From the NCBI GenBank assembly GCA_949358305.1, contig OX442314.1, positions 17,484,001 through 17,548,000 of the forward strand: DNA of 64,000 nt, in the 5' to 3' direction. Origin of the DNA: Strigamia acuminata (Eukaryota). A program made the translations under genes and the position numbers. This document shows positions 54,405 through 64,000 of the stretch, one piece after another. The notes beneath the pieces are model-generated. The model was not told where the DNA came from and made no database searches. It saw only the letters and a program-made list of their open reading frames with translations. The stretch's first letter is position 1. Each line of letters begins with the position of its first letter.

Positions 54405-56695
54405 ATGGTGAGCCTGTACACAGCCAACATCCACGGGTTTCCCGAATTCGGAGAGTGGCAGCATCGAAGTCTCAATGGGAGTGTGTTGGGCGTTGGCGGG
54501 GGCGGAGACCCGCCGGCAGACCTTCTTTCCCTCATCACTATTATCGGCAGCAGTATGTCCCTTGTGGGATTAGTTTTTGGCTTCCTGGTGCATAGTCTCT
54601 TCTCGGATGTTCGTTCAATCGCCAGTACCGCCCTCATGAATTTATTGGCCACTTTGTTCGTGGCTCAGGTAATATATCTAATCAATTTCCTTTTACACGA
54701 GAAAAAAAATAGTAAAGCAAAAAAAGTGTGGAAGCTAGATGAGATGGGAAGTTGTATAAAGGAGCCACAATCCTCTCAAGTTCTTTTTTCGTCTTCTTCT
54801 TCTTCTTTCTCTTCTTCTTTTCTTTGTCTTCCTTTTCTTTCTTTCTTTTCTATTTTGCGGCGGCCACGCGTGTGTTTCTAAATGTTGTCGCCGAGAGGTG
54901 AACTTTAATGGTTTCCTAAACTCGTCTATTGAGCTTGAGACACACGCTGCGACCTGTGTGGCACTGGAGAAGAAAAGTGTGACGTCACAGTGACAAATCG
55001 ATGGAAAGAAGGACGTCCCTACAAGATGCTTTGGCCGCGATCTTTAAGTCGAGTCGGGATCGTTGATGTTACGGGGGTCTGATTCAGCATGAAAAATGCG
55101 CCAAAGATGCAATAAAAAAAAATTGCATAACTTGCAGCGTATATCATATCCGTAACGGTAACGGCCAGCAACCGTTTCCATGGTAACGATTTCTTTATCA
55201 ACAACAACAATCGTAGAACCCCTGGATTGCTTGGCGTGTTGCTGACTGGAATAAATAAATGGCAAAACAACGAGCAGAATCTAATTATCGCAAGGTCGCC
55301 AACCAATTGTCGCTTTTCGAAAGAAGGGGTTCCTTAAACCGGGCTAGAATCAATTTGAACCGAACATCCCCAAACTTGTTCTTACTTCTTATACTGTACT
55401 TGTACAGTGTACCGAATTGCCAATACTCATTTAGAAATGGCGATGTATATTCAAAGTGTGCGCTTCCAAGGCAATTAACCTTCATTGACTTGATGCGTGT
55501 GCTTATAGCGAATTTCGAAATTATGGGGTTTTACGCAATCAGCTTTTAATCAGCTTTTTCCTAAAAGTACCCTACCGGTAAGCTTGTAGAATTAACGTTT
55601 TCAGCCGATTAAAACTTTCGTTTAAAACCCATAATTATATAATGCAGATAAGAAATAATGGCAGAGATTTCTTTTCCAACGTGTAATTTAATTTGCCAGT
55701 AAATAATGCAGAAAATAAAAATTAAAAAAAAATGCGAAATTACTCCGTATTATTGAATAAATTTAAAGTTTAATTTTGTTTTTCTCTTTTGTTATTGGCA
55801 CCTGCCTGCGCCGATACAGGTACTTTTCATCGTTCAAGTGGAAAAAGCCCCGTCTTCGTCTCCAGCTGTGTGTTTAGGCTTAGCATGTAGTCTGCGGTTT
55901 TTTTGGTTAGCCATGTTTGCTTGGGTTGGAGTTTTAGCCCATCATCTTTTGCATATTTTAACCGGCGACAAACACGCGACGGGCGCCGTCGTCACCATAT
56001 CCACACCCATCGCCGCATTTCCATCTTCATTAGCAGCCGCATCGTACCCAGCAACGGAAAAGCGCAACTGCTCACCTCTCGCCAATCACGTCCTAACATA
56101 CAGCGCAACAGCGTGGGGAATTCCATTATTTCTTTCGTTGGCAGCCGCACTGCTTTATCAACAAGGGGGATTTCACGTACAGATCATATCTCGCAAGAGT
56201 TTTCGTAACTGCTGGCTTCTGAGTGCCCCTCCTTTACGTTGGACTTTCGACATCCCCGTGGCCCTGCTGACCGCGTTCAATATTTACGCGTACGTGAAAA
56301 CAGCCGTCGCCATTCGTTATGTTGCTAGTATGCAGATGGAGCGAAAAATACAGAAACGCATGCGCCGTCGCCGTTTTCGCCAGCTGTTCTTATTGGTCAA
56401 GCTGCACGCGCTACTGGCCATTATTTGGGCTCTCGAAATGATCTCAGATTTTGCCGGAAGCCAGGCGTTGTGGTCAGTTTTCGTGGTGGTGTTCTCTCTG
56501 CAAGGTGGATTTATCGCCTTAGTGTATTCGTGTAGCGTCAAAGTAATGAAATTCTACGCGGAAGGAGTTCTTTCAGATTGGAAACACCATTCCAAACATT
56601 CCACAACATTTAAGAAAAGTCTTGTCAGCTCGTCTATGTCTCTTTCAAGCAGCATGGAACTGCTTACGTCAGAACCGACACCTCAACCTCTTTGA
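54405..56695 (+). CDS. Family-B-like (secretin/adhesion/Methuselah-type) 7TM receptor with a very short N-terminus, 2 coding exons
   Basis: TM1 LLSLITIIGSSMSLVGLV; TM2 ALMNLLATLFVAQ|VLF (intron 54669-55819, GT-AG); TM3 CSLRFFWLAMFAWVGV; TM4 YSATAWGIP; ECL2 CWL; TM5 P..LLTAFNI; TM7 SLQGGFIALVY. Confidence 0.8.
55174..55187. promoter_or_regulatory. RFX X-box (GTTTCCATGGTAAC) in the 7TM gene intron
   Basis: 14-bp imperfect palindrome matching GTHNYYATRRNAAC. Confidence 0.55.
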
Positions 56696-56954
56696 ACGGA
56701 TTAGAGTTGGCCAAATCAAATTGAATTGAATCAAAGAAATAAATAGAAAAAACGAAAAGAGAAAAGAGAACAAACAAAAAAATAGTAGAAAGAAAAATAA
56801 AACTTATAAGAGAGGAAAGGAAGGAAAGAAAGAAAGAAAAACAACCGGCAGTGCATTTGACTTTTTCCTTTCAATTTGTCTTTATGCTTTTTAGGTTTTC
56901 CAAATAAATGTCAAATGCTTTTCACTTGCAATTTTTTTTCTTATTTTAATATTA

Positions 56955-57362
56955 GAGACCATCATTTTTTTTGGGAGGTGAAAACTTTAACCAAAAACCA
57001 AAAAGCAAATATTTTTTCTAGAAATTTAATTTAATTAATCTATTCTATTCTTGTGTTCGTCAATATTTTTGTATGTTTTTTTCTTAGTAAAATTATAAAC
57101 CTAACTGTTTTAATTTTTTGTTGTTTTTGTTTTGCTGCAAGTGCCTGCATATTTCTAATTGCTCATTCAACTCGTTGTCCACTCTAACCGCCAATTTGCA
57201 AAACAAATATATCGAAGGTAATCCGCCTAAATTTGGCTTTTTACTAAAATTCAAATCCAAATTGTGTTTATTTTGTATCAAATTTTGCGTTTTGGTTTTT
57301 GAAGTTTTGATTTTGCCCAAAAAAAAATAATAAAAAAATTGTTAACGTGAGGCATGAGTCTC
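56955..57362. mobile_element. Degenerate inverted-repeat element (old MITE), TA-flanked
   Basis: Left arm ta|GAGACCATC-T9-GGG..AAAACTT..CAAAAACCAAAAAGCAAA mirrors the right arm TTTGCGTTTTGGTTTTTGAAGTTTT..CCC-A9..ATGAGTCTC|ta. Confidence 0.45.
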
Positions 57363-57956
57363 TAATGATAATAGTTGGCATTAATCAGAAATTATTGTAT
57401 TAACTGTTAATTAAAAAATATATTTAAGAAAAATATAAATATATACTTTTTATCTATCTCAAACTTGAATAGAGCTACTGTATTTTATATAAACAAAAAA
57501 AAAAGCCGTTTATTAGTATATTGTTCTGTTTAGTATTTGTTGTAAAATCGTTGTATATACAATTTGTATACGTTATACACTGATATATATACATATATAC
57601 TTATACACTTTACAAAAACTTGGTCCACTGCCCACCAGTGTAAACGATTTTCTTTTATTGAAAAATTGATAAATATTATTATATTAATACATGTTGAAAG
57701 TTGAAAAAAATAATTCTTGAATGACATTAAATATACATGCATTCAAATATATCAACATTTATATGTGATTGCAATCAAATAAAAATAAGGGGAGCGAAAT
57801 CTGTTTTGAAAATATAGAAAGTTTTAATAATTTCACTGCAAATCCCTTCATTAAAGCGCTTTAATTCGTGAAAACTGTAAGTTTAATACTGTCTTTGTAA
57901 GCTGCTTAAATATCAACGTCAACATGCACCTCATATATCTACGGATCTGCCGACCG

Positions 57957-57970
57957 GTTGTCATGGCAAC
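57957..57970. promoter_or_regulatory. RFX X-box (GTTGTCATGGCAAC)
   Basis: One mismatch from the perfect palindrome GTTGCCATGGCAAC. Confidence 0.55.
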
Positions 57971-59448
57971 GCAGATGCAGAACAGGATTCTGCTTTAAGC
58001 TCCATCGTCATAACACCACAAGCCAACATGGCAAATGGCAACATGTGACTACTTTTGCATTCGTAAGTATACCAACTGCAGTCATAAAAAGAATTTGTCT
58101 TATTCCAAATTCTTCACCACCAACGATACAAGAGTTTCAACAAGTGGTTACAACAAAAAATTGCGCCAACTTCCATTTAAGGGGAGAAACTGATAAAATG
58201 TGAAGAAAAACCGAAAAATTCGCATAATCTTTCTATTTTTATTTCCACTAATTAGTTTAAAGACATTATATTTGACTTGTGCAATTAGTAATTAGTGAAA
58301 AAAAAAAATTGAAGCACATTTTTAAAGTCTGTCACGAGACCATAATTTACCTTGCTAAAGATTTATGTGGAAAAATAGACAATCAAAAGGTAATTTTTCG
58401 TTTGGTATAAATGAGATGTAGTGCAGCAGTCAGAAACAAAAGATAAATGTAAAAAAAAATGTGATTAATTTTTTATTTTCGTGTTTATTCTTTTCAGTGG
58501 AAAAAGCAAAACCGATATTAATATATATCTCAAATCGATTTGCTTTTGATGGGAGCTTGTGTGCGTGGCCTACATTTGCTCATGGGGAAAATCGAACATT
58601 TTAAAGGGGAAAAGAATATATAACGGCTACAGTCACCATACAAATGTGTGCAGTTTTTGTTTACTAATATTTTTTGATTTTTTTTCCATTCTTTTTTATT
58701 TTACTATACCTAAAGCATATAATTCTTATATTTAAAAAAAAACACTACATTAACGGTTAGAATTGGGAATGTATAAAACATTTTCGTTTCACTAAATTTT
58801 TGCATTTTTCTTTGTGCAATTAAAATAAACGCTAAAACAAGAGTCGTAAATTTAAAATGACATAGAATTGAATTGGTAGTTAATTGACGTAGTGCTCGTC
58901 ACGTCACGGAGTTGAGATGTGCACATATACTTAAAAGTAGAAAAAAGACGTAACCCTTCATCGTCTTTCACTTATTTTCATTTCCGCTTCGCTCAACTTC
59001 GAGCTCCGTTGAATAGCGAAAGGGAGAGCGAAGCGAGGAAGAAAAGTTTATTGGAAATCTGATAATTTTGCCTTTCCTCTGTGTGTTCAGGCAAATGCTA
59101 ACAGGTAGACGTTAAATTATTTCTATCATAACCATTCTCATCAATAGTAATGTAATTTATGTAGTAAATAAAAGACAATTCAGATCCAAATTGATTGTTT
59201 ACATTATTAAGTCTGTGCACTATAAAAATAATGTAGTCGTTTATTAAACAACCCATAAAACAATAACAAACATGCCATAAATTCTTTAAGTCTACAAATT
59301 GGTCAGTCAAAAACATTGCTTACACACATTTCATTCCACCACATGTGGCAGGGAAGCTGTTCAGGCGGAGCTTGCTAGAAAAAATTATCTGTAAATTTAA
59401 TTGGATTAGACTATTTAAACTCAATCGATTAAAAGAAATCTAAATGTT

Positions 59449-59462
59449 GTTTCTATGGTAAC
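59449..59462. promoter_or_regulatory. RFX X-box (GTTTCTATGGTAAC)
   Basis: Matches GTHNYYATRRNAAC. Confidence 0.5.
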
Positions 59463-60492
59463 AATAAACTTAATAAAGCTAAGGTGTTGATTGTTGATTG
59501 TGAAACTCTGTCAGACTAAAATGTACAAATGGAAAATAAAATAATTTAATTAATTTAAGATTACTTAAATTTTTTTCCCCGAATTCTTTAATAAAGCGTT
59601 TGCTTATTAAGGTTTTAATTAAATTTGAAAGCTATTTTCGTTTTCTTAGCAACCTAGTTTCAAAAAAATGTGAAGAAAACCACCAAAATATTTTTATATT
59701 TTAGCTAATTTGCCTAAATATATTAATTATTGACAACTTATTGTAATTGGAAAAATCACCGCAACATTAGGCAATTAAATATAATTAGAAAAAGATGATG
59801 ATCAACAAACAAGTAACACGAACCAGGTAAAAATCAATTACATTGATACTACGTCAACAACTATTGCTAAAGCAGTTCTATTGTCCTCCAGAGGTTTTAA
59901 ATACAGTAACTACGTTTTAAAAAAAAATAAAAAGAAGATTTAATTGAAGCATTTTTGTTTAAAGCTTTAAAAATATTCTAAAGTTCAGTGGATTGCACTG
60001 ATGCATCTACTACGTTTTGTAAATGTAACAACAGCGCTCTCTTTTGTGTACTCTCTTTATGATCGACTCCCCTTTTTTTTGGTGAGCAAGTTTGATATTA
60101 TGACTTGGGTTCAGGTGACGTCTAGTAATGTGATTGTTTGTTGTTTGCTTTGTTGCAAAAAGCAAATGGAAGCAAAAAGCTGTTTAATCATATTGGAATA
60201 CCAGTAAACCTTTTTCTTTACCCTATTCATCACTGCCTGCTGATTGAAAACCCACAGTTTCTTTGTACTTGTGTTAAAAATCATCCGAATGAAATAGTGT
60301 AGTATTGCAATCAGTTTCCAGCCATTCGATTTGGAATATTTTACATAATCCATAAGAACACTGAAGTAAATGTAAAAATTAAATATAACCTTTGAGTTTT
60401 CGTGGGAAATGTTGATTGTGATCAATAAGATACAGGTGCTTGGCGTTTCTGATTTTATCATCCATCATCTCGGTTGTCAGCGAATGCCACAT

Positions 60493-60506
60493 GTTGCCAT
60501 GGGTAC
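60493..60506. promoter_or_regulatory. RFX X-box (GTACCCATGGCAAC on the - strand) abutting an E-box
   Basis: The + strand reads CACATGTTGCCATGGGTAC. Confidence 0.5.
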
Positions 60507-61405
60507 AAGTCGATGATGCTGAGGGTTCTAGGGTACATTTCTACAAAGCCAAGATGACTATTTTAAGTAAAATATACACATATTTTTTACTTCTATAAAT
60601 TTTTTTTTCTTTAGGAATTGTTTTCATTTTTTCTTTTGCTTTGGTAATTTAACAGGCGACAGCTACATTTAAAGTAAACTTGATTCGATTTGCACTAGAT
60701 GCAGCAACACGGCACAGGATTACGGGATGGGATTTAAACAGTCGCATTGATCTAAACGTGGTTGCACATTCGAAAAACCGAATCAGGGCTTAGTTGAAAC
60801 CTATGGGTTAACTCTTGAGGTTAACTCTTTATTTAGACAAGGCTCAAAATGTATATAGTGTGCAAGGGTATGTATTTTGCACGTGGATTCATCTAAGGTA
60901 AAGTGTACTCAAGCGCAAACAGTCAATAACTTCAGCAAATATATTGGTTTCATACAAAATGCAACATAAAATAAATAAATATTACGTTTAAAATAAATAA
61001 AATAAAATAAATATCTACAAACGTTTATTTGTGTACAGATACAGATGTATACAATGTCCAGAATCGATTTCAATGCCGGTAGACATATGTACTGTAATGT
61101 AACTTCAAATGAGATTTTAAATTGGCAAATTAATTACGGCTGTCTTTGCAATTTCAAAACTTAGTAATGCATCTTAATTAAAACCAGTAAACATTCTCTC
61201 TTCTCTATAGAAACCTTATACGTTGAACGTTGTATTGTAATTTCAAGAACTTTTCTTTCATAATATTATAGAGCATTAAACAGTCTTCTAGCCCTCACAA
61301 GTCAGTAAAACAAAAGAAAAAATGTTTTTAGTAATATTAGTCTACGTTATTGTGTACACAATCTTTCCATTTTAGGTCATTGAATTAATACTCGAACTGT
61401 CTTAT

Positions 61406-61419
61406 GTTTCCATAGCAAC
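61406..61419. promoter_or_regulatory. RFX X-box (GTTTCCATAGCAAC)
   Basis: Matches GTHNYYATRRNAAC. Confidence 0.55.
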
Positions 61420-64000
61420 TTAGTACCTATATATGATTGAAGGGCTGTTCCGTGCACCCAACATCAACCCTTCACGTGACACGACTCTGCAAATGGACTT
61501 TACTTGCCCTCATCGACCTAAATTCTTGCGTCGTTTTCTATCCAACAGGTGCGAAAGACGCAGGGATAGAACATGGTTACTTGAAAAGTAATTTCACTAC
61601 ACTCTCACACCTGTCATACTTGTAGAAAACACTTTTTTCACTAAGCTGAAAAAATTATTTTCTTATTCATTTGTAGAAGGAATTTTATCCTTCCATTTCT
61701 GCATAAAATAAATAAATAAACAAATAAACAACAAAAGAATTTTTTTTTAATATACATAAAAAAATTGAATTTTTTTTTGCTGTTATTGCATAAAGTAAGT
61801 CAAGGACAGAGTTGATGGAAAAATCGAATTTTCAAAGAGTGAGTGAGAAATATAAAAAAAAAAAACCCATTGATTTGTAAAGCACGGTGGTACGCCATTA
61901 AATGAGTTCTCATTAATATTGACAGCAATAATATTATTGCTTCATTTTTTATTAATACAAGCACCTATTTGTCTGATGCGGTTAGCCAATTACTTACTGT
62001 TCAAGCATTAACAGAGCAAGAGGTATTGTACCTGGTTTTGTAATCTAATTTTGTTGTTCTTTAATACCAAAAGAGGACGCCACTTATCAAACGTAGCATT
62101 TAGAAACTCTGAAAAAAAAATGCAGTTGATATTTTGCACACTAGATGTCACGACACACTAATCATTCTAACCAAAATAATAAAATAAAATACTCTTGCAT
62201 TTAGAGGAAAAAGTTTTACTAAAATAAAAAATAAAAGAATTGAATGAATATACTGTTTCCTGCTAAAAATTAGTTTCTATTTTGTTTACTTATTCATTTT
62301 CAATCTTTTCCGGCAAAATAAAAAGGGCAAAGTTGATTTCAAGCTTAATTTGACTTCTCTTCACGGCGAATTACTCAGACAAACTTCTCTCTGCTGCGTT
62401 GCTTTTCCGTCCATTGCTTCCAGCAGAGTGAAAAATTCAATAATGACACTTATTCAATGTCGCGTGCATACTCCTAACTGCTATCATATTTTAGAAGAAA
62501 ATTAAATTAGTTTGGCTTCTTTCCTAAAGTTTTATTTGAGGATATCAAAATAACGGTTGCAATACGGTTTAAAAAGCTTTAAAGAATACAGTAGTCTGTG
62601 CTTTCACAAAATTTCCCAAAGGACTTGACATCCCGCCACCACGATATCAAACAAACACAAACAGCATTTCAGCAGTTTTGGTTTAAAAAAATTAAAAAAA
62701 ATTAAATTGTCGCTGAATAATTACTAAAAAATCCATCTAACACTTCAAAAATCTTCAACATTTGTGCTGTATTTATCAAATTTATCCAAGTAACACAATG
62801 AATGATTAAATATCACATCTAGATAGATGTGATGTTTAATAGATGCGATATTAAATCGATCATCCGTGCTACTGGGGTTAGTTCACGATTTTTTTATACT
62901 GTAATAACTCTGGAAAGTTTGTTGATCAACATTAGCATTTTTAGAAGCAATATTTACGTTCACAAATTATCATTTAAAGTTTTTTCCACATTAGCTTTAC
63001 TACCGTACTACGCATGCATGACTAGCGGCTAAGCTCACCGAACACAAAACATTTTGTTATTTTTTAGTTTCGTCTAGAATGTTTCTTATTAAATTAAAAT
63101 AATTTAGCATTTAGTTTTAGATTTTCTTAAAAGGATAAAGACGGAAAACTAGTAAAAACCGCTTTGCTCTTGGGCATTGATAGATGGCACCTTTTTGCAC
63201 ATGCAGTTCTCGTTTCATTCGCTCAATACCTGAGTGAAGAAGACAGATGGGCCAATGCTTGTGCCAGCCACGTGTCTTCCATTTTTTTAAAGACAAGTAG
63301 ACAAAAGCTTACACAGTAAATTCAACCACCTCCAGCGTCGATTTACTCAATGGAGTGTCTGCTGCTACCATCACCATCTTCCTTTCTCTTTTATTACAGC
63401 AAAAAGTATTAAATCTCTTTATTCTATTTTGCACTAACGTTTGTGGAGTGCCCGTTTTGAAGTTATCAAAAACTTATAATTTTAATTTCACGGTATGACA
63501 ATAAATTATTGAATTATTCCACTATATGCAATTAACTCAGTCAATTCTTGCATAAAATTCATGTTATAATTAAAGTCTTCTCCTTTGGATGACATTTTCT
63601 TGAAATAATCGGTTTTTGAAAAAAAATGATGACTAGATCAACGTTATTTTTAATGTCACCTTTTTTTTCTTCCCCTGTGAGCCGTTAAATGAGAAGACCG
63701 TTTCTCTTCTATTGCTGCCACTTTGAATAAACTCGCTTACAAGAAATGAACGTTGGAGACGCACGGAAAATTTACTCAAGACGGGACCGATAATTGAACT
63801 ATAGAACAGTGAAGCCGGTGAATTCCGTTCGTTTCGAAGGTAACGCTAACGTAACATGGATGGAGAAATTATCTTAAATTTTTCAATTGATTTATTGAGA
63901 AAACAACGAGACGAAAAAGGAAAGTAAATTTGCTGAAAGGTAGACGGTGCGACATTTTATTGGCATTATTTTTTAATTTATTTTCATTCAACGGTTATAC

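Noticed and set aside
54959..54980. TGGCACTGGAGAAG resembling miR-263/183
   Set aside because: Only the seed region matches and there is no pre-miRNA hairpin.
60427..60435. GTATCTTAT on the - strand as a possible U12 donor
   Set aside because: It deviates from GTATCCTT, I see no U12 branch point, and the host exon is unproven.
63629..63650. TGACTAGATC resembling the miR-279 5' end
   Set aside because: The rest of the mature sequence does not match, and no complementary arm forms a hairpin.

Overview
AT-rich, gene-dense eukaryotic DNA with many short (~55-100 nt) spliceosomal introns. The gene content and intron style suggest an invertebrate, probably an arthropod (inference). By hand-splicing I can support 12 protein-coding genes. 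In order: a ~30-exon receptor guanylyl cyclase with an unusual ectodomain (+), a Methuselah-like GPCR (-), GIGYF (-), DDI1 (+), a ClC-2/ClC-a chloride channel (-), ALG3 (-), an orphan type-I membrane protein (+), two intact tandem DDX19/Dbp5 paralogues (-), UBE4B/Ufd2 (+), PINK1 (-) and a family-B-like 7TM receptor with almost no ectodomain (+). Non-autonomous transposons sit in introns and intergenic DNA: a Helentron/DINE-1-type HINE, a TA-flanked Tc1/mariner-type MITE and a degenerate inverted-repeat element. The most notable observations are the Ig-like-repeat + ANF + EGF architecture of the guanylyl cyclase, a dense cluster of RFX X-boxes at 55.2-61.4 kb, and the orphan membrane protein. 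No rRNA, tRNA or CRISPR features were recognised. All exon boundaries are manual reads.
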